The position numbers and the translations under genes are program-made. 33,921 bases of DNA from Callorhinchus milii (Eukaryota): assembly GCF_018977255.1 (NCBI RefSeq), contig NW_024705573.1, forward strand, positions 1-33,921. Reading direction: 5' to 3'. Each line of letters begins with the position of its first letter. Positions within the stretch are counted from its first letter, which is position 1. Below the pieces are notes generated by a model, which worked only from the letters and a program-made list of their open reading frames with translations, made no database searches and was not told the origin of the DNA. This document shows positions 1 to 10,634 of this stretch, piece by piece.

Positions 1-730
1 ACTCACTGTCTCTCACTACATGTCCTCACTCATCAACTTGTCTCTCACTAACTCACTGTCTCTCACTAACTCACTGTCTCTCACTAACTCACTGTCTCTC
101 ACTAACTCACTGTCTCATTCTATCACACTCACTGACTCACTCTGCCACACTCACTCAAGCTCTAACGCACTCAATCTCACACACACTTATTCACTCACAC
201 CCACTCAATCAATCTCTCACCCACTCACTCAATCTCTCACCCACTCACCCACTCGCTAATCTCTCACCCACTCACCCACTCACTCACCCACTCACCCACT
301 CACCCACCCATTCACTCACCCACTCACCCACCCACTCACTCCCACTCACCCACTCACTCAATCTCTCACCCACTCACCCACCCACTCACTCACTCTCTCA
401 CCTAATCACTCACTCAATCTCTCACCCACACACTCAATCTCTCACCCACCCACTCACCCATTCACTCACCCACTCACCCATTCACTCACCCACTCACTCA
501 CCCACTCACCCATTCACTCACCCACTCACCCATTCACTCACCCACCCACTCACCCATTCACTCACCCACTCACCCATTCACTCACCCACTCACTCACCCA
601 CTCACCCATTCCACCCACCCACTCACTCACCCACTCACTCACCCACTCACCCATTCACTCACCCACTCACCCATTCACTCACCCACCCACTCACTCAATC
701 TCTCACCCACTCACCCATTCACTCACCCAC
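1..730. repeat. Low-complexity CACT/CACCCACT simple repeat, beginning with an 18-bp ACTCACTGTCTCTCACTA tandem
   Basis: Tandem units visible directly; ends at the N gap. Confidence 0.95.
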
Positions 731-760
731 NNNNNNNNNNNNNNNNNNNNNNNNNNNNNN
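731..760. other. Assembly gap (30 N)
   Basis: Run of n. Confidence 1.
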
Positions 761-3700
761 TGGAGTAAGAATGCACCCGCGTGCTGTACGCACGCCTGGT
801 GGCCGAATGCATTGTCGTAAAATATCTAATGGAGTGGGTAAAAACGTACGTAATTCGAAAAAGGACGGAAGTGCGAGGCACCGTGACGCCAGGGAGTTCC
901 AGGATAGTGACTCATTAAGCTAAGTCCGTATCCTCCGGCGATGGCCTACAAAGTCCGAAGCTACACGTCGAGGAGAGTGTCCAGGTCGAGGCACAGTTAC
1001 TTAAACCTAGTAAGGAGTGGTGAACGTCAGGAATGTCGACACTTAAAGTGTTTAATTTGGCGGCTTAGCTTGGCTTTCGACGGACTGAGTAACCAGCCCT
1101 TGAGCCCTGGGTAAGGGCTGCAAATGATTATTGAAAAGCTCCAAGCGCCATATGCCTGACCGGTCACCTTGACCTTTACACACGAGAATAAAAAAGTGCC
1201 TGAATCATGGTGCAGTTCGCATTGGATAGCTTACGGTTCATTAGGTCTATCATGAGATGAACCACAGAGTACATGTACCACCCGTGACCTTTCGACGATG
1301 TGCTCTGATATTCCTCGACCGTCAGGCCAACGCACAGCTAGCCAGCCATGAGACTATTATTCCGGAGCAAGATCATTGATCCGTAACCGGTAAAGGTCAA
1401 TTGCCACACACGTAATAGAAGATTACTCTACGTGGTATACGTTACGTAGCATAGTGTCACCTGTAGACGCGCTTGGATCACGGGCGCCTAGCCTAGAGAG
1501 GAACCATGGGTAACCACGATCATGGCAAGATGTATGAAGCTAATTGACCCGCTGCCGGGGGTTAGACCAGTATCCACGAATCAACAGAGGGGGGACAAAG
1601 GGACAAGAAAACCCGCGAAGGCTGTGCTTTCCACTCCAAAAAAGGGACTCCGTAGCGAACTACATCCTGGAGAATTTTATCTTTTCGGATCTAGAACGTC
1701 TTCATGACCTGGGGCGATGCCCTAAGAGGCCGTTTAGATAGGCCCCACAGTCTCTGGAGAGGTGTAGGCTCCCAGTAATTGCAGCTATCAATCAACCCAA
1801 GAGGTAAGTGACTCGGGTCTGATTAAAATCGTCAAGCGGGAATATAACAAGGAAAGCGGCCTCCCGGTCCTGTTAGTCACAGGTGGAATCTGCTACTTCC
1901 CGCCGACAATAGACTATCTTTAGAGTAACGTGCTAAGCAAAGTCTTTTGAAATATGTGTTAGACCAGGTAGCCATGCAGCAACTCATGGTTAGAGGAAGC
2001 GCACTTTTATTACCCACGGATATGGGCTGCAGAATCCGCAATAAGCCTCGCGGTCGATCCTTAGGCGATGTTTTGCGTGCATAACTGCCGTCTAATCACG
2101 GCCATCACGGTCATATAGTTCGACGTAAGCCAAGGTAGTATGTTAAAAGCCGGCGTAAGCGGTGACAGGGGAGGACCCATGCAAGTTTATTATGATTTCA
2201 TGTCACCCATACCCGCCACGCCCAGGGGCGTAATAGGTGACTCACCTGGTCAGTGCGAATACATCTGGAATGCGGAAAGAGCTAGCAGTCGCAGAGTGGG
2301 GATTCCCGCCGATGACGGATACACCGGGGCTACAAACACTTATGCTAGGGCCAGAAGGATATAGCGCATCAGACTAAAGAGAAGATTCGTGCGACATGGT
2401 CGTCCAATTCCTCCCCACACACACGTGGGTTGTAGAAATGCGAGTAGAGGTGACCCCCACTAGTATGGGACCTCGTATCTACTATGAACACTCTTCACGA
2501 CACCGAATTTTGTGATTCCAGTGATAGGTGTCTAGATTTTTCACCCTCAACTATCCACGTTTTCCCCTCTGTCAGAGATGCGGGTCACACGAGAAAGTCA
2601 GGTAGGATATTTGATATAACATAGCCTGGTATAGCGCCCAACATGCCGTCGCAGGCGGCACACTGTCTGTGTTACCCAATCCGACGGGAGTGTGGTGCGC
2701 GTCGTCAGAGTCGGTTAACTTCCTTTTAGGGGCTCCGGGGAACAATGGCCGACAGATGGTAGGTAACGTGCTCGACAATGCAGTACAATGCCCATCGGCG
2801 CGTCCTTAGTTTCTACGCACGTTGACCCGTTTTCCGATGGTGAATCAGACTCTTGGATATTCAGACTCATAAAATGCTGCTTGACGGGAAATATACGATC
2901 GTAGGATGTTTGCGCCCTACCCATCTCGGGGCTCCTCGAATGGCATCTGACATTACGCAATAGTTTCCTTCGCCTACTATTCCGGATCGCACATCATCTC
3001 GCACACGGCACCATATCAGGAAGAATGCAGTACTCCGCAGAATCAGACCAACCATTCCCATTGACATCCAGGTGAATAAGACACCCACGCAATACATCTT
3101 ATCCAGCGAAATCACGCGTATCCAACCGCAGCGCGCAAGGCGAAAGTTCGAGTCACTAGTCCAATCGGCCATACCTTTCCTTGACAGCCCTGAGACAAAG
3201 GTCATATGTGGCCGGTAGCTTATCCCGGAAGGCCCAATATTGCAGTTGGTGTATGCTTGGCATGCACCGATAACAAGATCCCCTGATTCCGCATTTAAAA
3301 TCACAGTAGATTCCACTCTTATGATCGACCTTTCCCGAATAATATAATGCTCTGCATACCACGATAATTCGCCTACTGACTGGGCTTTGCCTTGAACTGA
3401 CTAGACTGTCTCAAGTGACGCTCGGGATGCGAAGCTTTAGCCACCATGCTCATAGTCCATATATTGGACTGTAGCTTGAGAACAGCCGCGAATGTTACCA
3501 CGGTCGTATTATACCTGATGAATTAAAGAGAACACATAATTCGTTCAGTCAAAGACGACCAATTGGGTAGATCCGGACAAAGTTTGGCGCAATCATAAAT
3601 TGAGGCGACTTCTTTGTTGCCGTCTATATGGTGGCATTCGCCCGCAGTATGTAGACGATTAAAAAACGACGACTCAATAAGAGAATAGCAGTCGCTTAGA

Positions 3701-4430
3701 GCAGAATTGGCCGCTTGAAGATCCGGCCGCATCCAGTGAAGGTCCGAACTTCAACAGATAAGTTCGTCCACCCCATTTTGACAACGAAATTTCTACGGGG
3801 TTCATCGACATACCCAAAGTGCAGCCGAGCGCTACGAATTTTGCCACCACCATCTTCCGGTCAGCTTAACCATTCTGAATAGGGTTTGATTACGGTCGTT
3901 CCTTTCAACCTGCTGCGTCTCGTGGATGAGTTTCACCAACCCATAGTGTGACATGATCACGCCGTATCCTCCCCGGATTATGCTGCCCGATTTCGATGTA
4001 TCCTAGGCGACTCATCGGCTGCTTCAAGAAAATACTACACGCGGTCTTAGAAAAGCACTTCTTATCTGAAACTTGTAAACTCTAAGCGGGAAGAGATTCG
4101 CAGCGGCTCACGGGCGGAGCGGGTGAACGCAATAAGCTTTTGAACTACGAGCAGCCTCGCATGACAGCCAGGGCCATGCGCCCAACTGGGAGGTGACTTA
4201 ATTCAACAGTCCGACTATCCAGATACACCCGTTGCCCGATAGGTAGAGGAAACGCTAAAAGAATCAGTGGTGGCATATCGCCTGGTTCCCTCGCGTAGAA
4301 AGCATGATAAGATATTGACTTATCGATAGAGACGTGATGACTATACCCTAGTATGCTACCAGAGGTTTCTCCACAATATGGGTACCTCTTCACGCTGCTT
4401 TGTCCTTTAAATACCACCGTAGGTTACGGA
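761..4430. other. High-complexity block with near-uniform composition and no recognisable gene or repeat (right boundary approximate)
   Basis: No microsatellites, frequent CpG and TpA, only short motif-less ORFs (max 149 aa), unlike the rest of the window. Confidence 0.6.
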
Positions 4431-4485
4431 TTTTAGTAATTGATTTCTTCTAGCTGAGCCGTAAGAAGTTTCAGTAACAGTGAGG

Positions 4486-4608
4486 CTGATTGGTGGTTGC
4501 TCATGCTGCAATTATTTAATGGTGGCGTCAATGCGATTTAGTGATAGTTGGAGAACGAGTTGCTCACGCTTGACGTCGCTGCCGCTCTACTACAAAGATA
4601 TTTATAAT
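4486..4608 (+). promoter_or_regulatory. Candidate Pol II promoter for the downstream orphan ORF
   Basis: Inverted CCAAT (CTGATTGG 4486-4493), CRE-like TGACGTC 4571-4577 and TATA-like TATTTATAAT 4599-4608, in canonical order. Confidence 0.3.
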
Positions 4609-5024
4609 GGGACATTCTGTGAAAACTATTGCCAGTGATGATTATTGCCAACAATTGCTATGAAACCGCCACAATCGAGCAAAGTCTTGAGTGCATGCAT
4701 GGGGTTTATGGGGATATATGAGGATGTGACATGTATTTTCATTCTATAGGAGTTGGGATATTTAGGGGTTAGTACTACACGTACAATGTGATACAAGTAT
4801 TGATGGATAAGGCATTGTGTTAACAGCAGGTGATAGTGTATATTCAAGTGTGTACTAAGCAAGTTTGAATGACTGAATGTGGATGGCTGCATCTGTACAT
4901 ACATGTGTGAGTATGTTTTTTTGTTTGGGTTTATGTGCACGTCCACGTTTGCGTGCCTGTGGGTATGAATGTTTTCTTGCATGTGCATGTCTGAATGTTC
5001 TTTTGCTTATCTTTGCTTGATCAG

Positions 5025-6215
5025 AGGATAATTGGGGAGTTGAAGGACGTCAGCGGGATGAAGCATCTCCAGGAAAAGAACCTTAGCAAAGAAAGATGCA
5101 CCATGGAAGAGGAGCGCCTCTTTGAGGTGCAGCGCATTGCCAGGGCGAAGTGCCGCACAGATGAGAAGTACTTCCGAGACTATCTCCTCAAGAAGCGCCT
5201 CATTCAAGTGAAGTACTTCATTGATGAGAAGCATCATCTCGAGATGATGTGTCCTGAGGAGAAGAATCTGGAGGAGGAGGAGAAGTGTCTCGCCAACGTG
5301 AAACGCGTCGAGGAGGAGAAGCGCCTTGAGCAGGAGCAGCGCCTTGCCAGCATTGCAACCATCACCACCACCGCTACCGCCGGCAACTCCACCCCCACCC
5401 CTGCCACCACCACCGCCACCACCACCACTGCCACCACTGCCACCGCCACCACCACCGCCACCACCACCCCCACTGCCACTGATGCTGTTGCCGCCACTGC
5501 CACAAAACCCGCCGCCACCACCACCGCCACCACCGCCACGACCGCCGTCACCACCGCCACCACAGCCACCACCGCCAACGCCACAACTGCCGCCACCGCA
5601 TCCACCGCCACCACTGCCACTGACGCTGTTGCCGCCACTGCCACAAAACCCTCCGCCACCACTGCCACCTCCACCACTGCCATCACCACCACCGCCGCCA
5701 CCACCACCACCGCAGTAACCACCACCGCCGCCACCACCGCCGCCACCACCACCGCCACCACCGCCGCCACCGACACCGCCGCCGCCACCACCACCGCCGC
5801 CACCACCACCACCGCTGCAACCACCACCGCCACCGCATCCACCTCTGACACTCCTGTACAGGGCCCGATTGCTCCAAGCTTTGGAGAAGAGGGCTTCCAA
5901 GCAGAGAAGATGGATAAGAAGACAGAGGTGGAACAGGAAGAGGAGAAGGTGGAGGAAGAGGTTGAGGAGGAACAGGAGGAGGGAATGGAGAAGACAGAGA
6001 ATGGAGAGAAGATGGTGGTGGAGGATGAAGAGGAGGAGATGGAGGACGAGACAAAGCAGGAGGTGGAGGAGGTGCAGGTGGTGGAGGTGGTGATGCAGGG
6101 AAAGAAGAGGAAGCGAGGGGGCCTTGCTCGCGTGGCGAGAGCGATCACCTCCCTCCTCCGCCGCGTGCTGCTTTGTGGTGGCATGTCCACCCAGAGCCAC
6201 TCCTGTAAAGAATAA
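5025..6215 (+). CDS. Orphan protein, probable terminal exon: K/E-rich coiled-coil-like N-part, Thr/Ala-rich mucin-like tract, Glu-rich tract, KKRKR plus amphipathic helix and Cys
   Basis: 406-codon ORF 4995-6215; pyrimidine tract and AG acceptor at 5023-5024; in-frame ATG 5058; TAA 6213-6215; AATAAA 6258-6263; non-repetitive protein-like termini. Confidence 0.6.
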   Translation, partial: RIIGELKDVSGMKHLQEKNLSKERCTMEEERLFEVQRIARAKCRTDEKYFRDYLLKKRLIQVKYFIDEKHHLEMMCPEEKNLEEEEKCLANVKRVEEEKRLEQEQRLASIATITTTATAGNSTPTPATTTATTTTATTATATTTATTTPTATDAVAATATKPAATTTATTATTAVTTATTATTANATTAATASTATTATDAVAATATKPSATTATSTTAITTTAATTTTAVTTTAATTAATTTATTAATDTAAATTTAATTTTAATTTATASTSDTPVQGPIAPSFGEEGFQAEKMDKKTEVEQEEEKVEEEVEEEQEEGMEKTENGEKMVVEDEEEEMEDETKQEVEEVQVVEVVMQGKKRKRGGLARVARAITSLLRRVLLCGGMSTQSHSCKE

Positions 6216-6301
6216 GGTTCAATACCATTGTTGTTGCTGGCACTTTAAACTTTGTGAAATAAACCCATGATGACACAACATAACGTTGAATTGCTTGCAA
6301 G

Positions 6302-6728
6302 TGTAATAAAGGACTCGTTCACTGGGTCTGTCTCCGTTGTCCTTTATTTGGGTTCTTTACACTTGTCCCACACGGCCCTCGCTCAGAGCCTCCCCGCTTA
6401 GCAGCTCGACAGCTGCCTTCGCTCACGTAGCCTTTCGCGCTCCTGCAGCTCCGCTGTGCAGTCCTCCGGCTGCTCTCACTGCAGCTCCACCGCTGCTCCC
6501 TGTTCCCCCGTGCTCGTCACCGCTGGCCGACGGTGCCGAGTCTTACTGTGTGTGGCGATCTCGCCACTCTCCAACCTCCGCACTGTGTGGCCTCACTCTG
6601 TCTCTATTCCCAACACTCTCCCGTTTCTTCCGGTATCTCTCCCTTAAGACCTCATCCCTCTCTCTCACGTGACCTAACTCCTCCCCCCGTGACGTCATAT
6701 CCGCGAGGCCGTTTATGCCCGCATTACA
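6302..6728 (-). mobile_element. Solo LTR (427 bp), Gypsy-type 4-bp TSD
   Basis: TGTAAT...ATTACA termini; CAAG at 6298-6301 and 6729-6732; on the minus strand CRE TGACGTCA (6690-6697), E-box TCACGTGAC (6665-6673) and AATAAA (6343-6348) in LTR order. Confidence 0.75.
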
Positions 6729-7131
6729 CAAGTATACTACTGTTTGTATGTACATGGATCTGTACTTTTGTGTATGTCCACTCGTGTGTGGGTGTGTGTA
6801 CATGGGAGTGTATATGTGTACTCGTGTATGATTATGCATTGGAACAAACAAATTGTTTTTATATTGTGTCGTACAAATAATTTAGGGGAAACGTGGTAGG
6901 AATGCGCCACCTCAACAGGGAACTACAGGGATGAGACTCCCCGCTCGTGGTGCTAAATGAATGAAAACAGCGCCACTGAGCAGACAGAGCCCCGCCCCTA
7001 CAGCTCGTGAGTGTAACGTAGTGAGTGTGACCAGCGAACTGCCACGATGCTGCCAGGTAAGGGTAAACTTGTGTGATGGAGATGCTTCACCTGAAACTCG
7101 CCTCCACACGTGTTCGCTATGAACATTGTAA

Positions 7132-7410
7132 CAATAAGGGACGATCAGTCATCTTTAACATAGCAGGTCTTTATTGTTCTGCAAGTATATTAACGTTAAA
7201 ACTCGTAGAAACACATGCACACTCGTGTGTGAATGTACAACGCTGTATATACAGTCGTGTTTGGATGCACACTCGTGTGTGTATGTCTACTCGTCCGTGT
7301 TTTTTTTAAAGGAAAACTATGGTAGCAATAACGTACGATTAGTCATTTTTAAAAACAAATCAGGTCTTTATTAATCTGCAAGAAAACTCACGTTAATACT
7401 CGTATCGAAA
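7132..7410. repeat. Degenerate ~80-bp direct repeat, two copies (7132-7212, 7326-7410)
   Basis: CAATAA..ACGAT.AGTCAT.TTT..CAGGTCTTTATT..TCTGCAAG..ACGTTAA.ACTCGTA shared by both. Confidence 0.7.
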
Positions 7411-7804
7411 TCTTTATTAATACGCAGGCTCAAACAGGAAAGGAACTAGGCAAATTATTTCCCAATAGGAATTTAACAGTTAAAAGATATTCTTGAAATC
7501 AAACACGTAAACGTCGATTTCCCCTTTGACGTCCTTTTCGACTGAAGCCATTCGTCCAAAGTATAAAATTGTTGTCATTCTGAAATAAGTGAACACTTCT
7601 GGAACTTTAAAGGAAGACATTCATCTGAACACATTATAGAGTATTCACAACATCACTCTAGCTTGAAGTCCTAGAAATCACCGAAAAATATATATAAGCG
7701 ACACGAATATGACTCTCCAGCCACTCCACTATATCAAGCCATCTATCAGGATGCAACTGCATGGGGTCGAAAGAGGAATTTCGTTGAGGACTCATGACAA
7801 CATT

Positions 7805-7882
7805 TTTACTCTTTGTTTGATGATGCCTGTGAAGTGTTGCTGACCGTGAAAATGCTTCCAACACATAGAGCAATCAAACGGT
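7805..7882 (-). pseudogene. Degenerate C2H2 zinc-finger remnant
   Basis: Minus strand reads PFDCSMCWK/AFSRSATLHRHHQT with a 1-nt deletion; resembles the fingers at 8260-8790. Confidence 0.6.
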
Positions 7883-8154
7883 TTTGTTAAAAGAATTACA
7901 CCAGTTTGTAGTGCTGGAAATCACTGATATAATCAATTGCACCTAATAAATTGATCTAACAGAGACACAAACGTGCACATTCCAGGACTTTACCAGAAGT
8001 ACTCAATACTTTGATTATCCAGCCACTCCAGCAGCCATTTCTCATTATCAACCTGCATGGGGTCGAAATAGGAATTGTCGTCAGGGCTCAGTACATCCAC
8101 TACATCCACGCATCTCTCAGGATCCACCTGCATAGGTTCGAAAGATGCATTTTT

Positions 8155-8819
8155 TTAGGACTCATTGCAGCACTCTGTATTTCTCCTTTTGATTTCACTT
8201 TCATTGCGGATCTTCTCATGCTTGTTTCGGGGTGATGACCGTGTCCTCTCCAACGGAGAACAATTGAATGGCTTCTCGCCCGTGTGTGTTTTCTGGTGAC
8301 GATGAAGATTTGATTTCCGTGAAAATGGCTTCCCACACAGAGAGCAATTGAACGCCTTCTCGCCCGTGTGTGTTTTTTGGTGAGTGTGAAGATCTGCTTT
8401 ACGGGCAAATGCCTTCACACAGAGCAATTGAATGGCTTCTCACCCGTGTGTGTTTTTTGGTGATTGCGAAGAGTTGATGAATCTGCAAATGACTTCCCAC
8501 ACACAGAGCAATTGAATGGCTTCTCACCTGAGTGTGTTTTCTGGTGATTGCGAAGAGTTGATGAATCTGCAAATGCCTTCCCACACACAGAGCAATTGAA
8601 TGGCTTCTCGCCCGTGTGTGTTTTTTGGTGACTTTGAAGAATTGTTTTCCATGCAAATGCCTTCCCACACACAGAACAATGGAATGGCTTCTCGCCCGTA
8701 TGTGTTTTCTGGTGTCTGTTAAGAGTTGATTTCCGCGAAAACGCCTTCCCACACACGGAGCAATTGAAAGGCTGCTCACCCGTGTGTGCGTGGCGCTGCG
8801 GAGAGTTGTTCTGCTCCAT
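8155..8819 (-). CDS. Tandem C2H2 (Kruppel-type) zinc-finger protein, about 6 fingers, frameshifted in finger 5 (pseudogene, 4-finger allele or consensus error)
   Basis: Repeated [27 protein letters not shown] with TGEKPF linkers in ORFs 8415-8819 and 8155-8427; a 4-nt deletion near 8416 removes TGGG of TGT-GGG. Confidence 0.9.
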
Positions 8820-9068
8820 GTGACTGATTCTTCAGAGCAGAGTAACAGTCGCGGGTGTTGTTGATTATTAAAGGCAAACTCTAAGCTGTGTGGATGTCTG
8901 GCTCAAATCGCCAATATGCAAATTCTTACCAACGTCTAACTGAGACACAGTAACGTCTCGTAAGTGTTGATGCACGGCGTATCGATGACCCTGGAACCCG
9001 TCTGAAGAGATCACCACGAATTCTCCCGAAGCGAAGTCGCCAACCAGTCGCCAAGCAATCGTGCTCAC

Positions 9069-9181
9069 CAGGCTGGGTCTCGTGGAAGAAGGTTTATCTG
9101 CAGAGCGAGGAGTCGAGCGTCTATCCTCAGCAAAATCCCTCTCGAAATAACCTTGAGGTCTGATTTTAAGCCCCTTATAAC
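9069..9181 (-). promoter_or_regulatory. Candidate TATA box and non-coding first exon of the zinc-finger gene
   Basis: Minus-strand TTATAA 9176-9181; donor CTG|GTGAGC at 9069/9068; acceptor CTGAAG| at 8830/8829, 10 nt before ATG 8819. Confidence 0.35.
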
Positions 9182-9812
9182 TTCGCTCTCGCATTCAAAT
9201 CCTTTATTCTCAACTTGGCCTATCATGGACTTTGCATTCAATTGTTAATTTTTACATTAACAATCTGCATATCTAGCAACATAATACATATCACTGCATA
9301 ATTGTACACCTCCGTTTGAATAAGGATGTGCATCTCCATGCATAATTCCGTGCTTCGTGTTAATTTTCTAATATTCACCCCCAATGTCCTCTAAACTGCT
9401 GCAAGTTTAGAGGATGATAAAGTGACATACAGTCTGAAGTATCAAAATTGGTGATCTCGAGCTTGATTTGGAATAAGATGTGCAAGTTTATACTGTACTG
9501 ACTTTGTTTTATAAATATATTTAAGGACAATCGTGTTGAGCGGGGTGCTTCTAGAAAACGAGTGTTTTATATTATAATTCCTGCCGTGAACTTTGAATGA
9601 TCATCTGAATGGTTTAGCTTGTAAGCATGGTTTATTATAGTGCCCATATTAAAGGTTTTTTGGGTTAGATCGCTTAAATATATAAATGTGTCGTTAAAAC
9701 CCGACACCACCCGACACAGCCAACTACTACGGATTGTCACGTAAACAGAACATGCAGATTTGTCACTAGTACAGCACACTGGTGTGTTGGAGAGCCAAGC
9801 CACAACATTTAC

Positions 9813-9872
9813 AATCTGAGCACGACGTTTCGTCTGTAATTAAAACTAGCCTCATCAGTCGACAGCCAGATT
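9813..9872 (-). ncRNA. Degenerate minimal type-I hammerhead-ribozyme-like motif (Penelope-like element remnant)
   Basis: Minus strand: AATCTG..CTGATGA-GGCT..AGAC-GAAA-CGTCG-TG..CAGATT; the cleavage triplet is not NUH and stem II has a mismatch. Confidence 0.45.
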
Positions 9873-9899
9873 TGGGAAGTCTCACTGTTTCGTTCCTTA

Positions 9900-10632
9900 T
9901 GTAGTGGTGATACGCGCTGGGATTAGGGATCGTATGCCAGCGCGTAATGATTGGCTGTGTATGTGGTGACGCGCGCTGACGGTGGAGGATCAGGGGTCAG
10001 CGCGGGGTCGTGGGTTACGGGGTACTGATTGGCTGTGGGCCGGTGACGCGCTGAGAGGGAGTGACCGGGTGGCAGCGCGGTGTGATTGGTGGAGTAGTGT
10101 TAACACGCGCTGGGGAAAACGGATCGTAGAGAGAGTGCGTCGTGATTGGTTCACTAAGGAGCGATGCTCACGTCGACGTCCGCATCAGCTCCGTCTCTCG
10201 TGAGCAGGGGCTATAAAAGGGGATGCACACAGGCGTAAGGGCAGTATGTAACCAGCGAAGAATGAAGACGGGGATGAAGACATAGGGCCCTGCGGTACCT
10301 AGTCCCGCTGTCCTAACGGGACCGGGACTCTGTGTAACCCAGAGGCGAGTGTATTGTGTGTAGCCATAGGCATAGAGTCTACACGAGCCGAATGCATTGT
10401 GTGTAGCCAGAGGCATAGGGTCTACACGAGTCAAGTGTATTGTGTGTAGCCAGAGGCATAGGGTCTACACGAGTCAAGTGTATTGTGTGTAGCCAGAAGC
10501 ATAGAGTCTACACGAGTTAAGTGGAGTGTATAGTCCAAAGGATAGAGACCACCCGTTGTATTGTGACACGTCAAGATTTAATAAAAGTGTGTTACCCGTC
10601 AAGAAGTTCCTGCCGTCAATTCCAATACTTCA
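9900..10632 (+). repeat. 5' LTR
   Basis: TGTAGT...ACTTCA; TATAAAA 10212-10218; AATAAA 10580-10585; matches 16208-16940 except T10354 vs G16662. Confidence 0.97.
10349..10520 (+). repeat. 43-bp tandem repeat x4 within the LTR (copy at 16657-16828)
   Basis: GTGTATTGTGTGTAGCCAGAGGCATAGGGTCTACACGAGTCAA units start at 10349, 10392, 10435 and 10478; degenerate fifth unit at 10521. Confidence 0.95.
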
Positions 10633-10634
10633 AC

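Noticed and set aside
802..815. 14-bp match GCCGAATGCATTGT to the LTR (10387-10400)
   Set aside because: About one such match is expected by chance for these lengths; it does not extend.
2867..3316. 149-aa minus-strand ORF in the random-like block
   Set aside because: No motif or splice context, and a non-ATG start; length not clearly beyond chance over six frames.
5350..5845. Antifreeze glycoprotein gene
   Set aside because: Not a regular (Thr-Ala-Ala)n; no signal peptide or cleavable spacers seen.
5007..6200. Antisense Gly-rich and Val/Ala-rich ORFs and an overlapping Pro-rich ORF
   Set aside because: Shadow frames of the ACC/GCC and GAG repeats; only the + frame has acceptor, stop and poly(A) support.
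6920..7062. Possible promoter and first exon (GGAACTACA, GC box, CAG|GTAAGG)
   Set aside because: Short motifs only; no downstream exon can be linked.
9911..10552. CRISPR-like repeat-spacer array
   Set aside because: Lies inside eukaryotic LTRs and is duplicated in both; repeats are degenerate or tandem without unique spacers; no cas genes.
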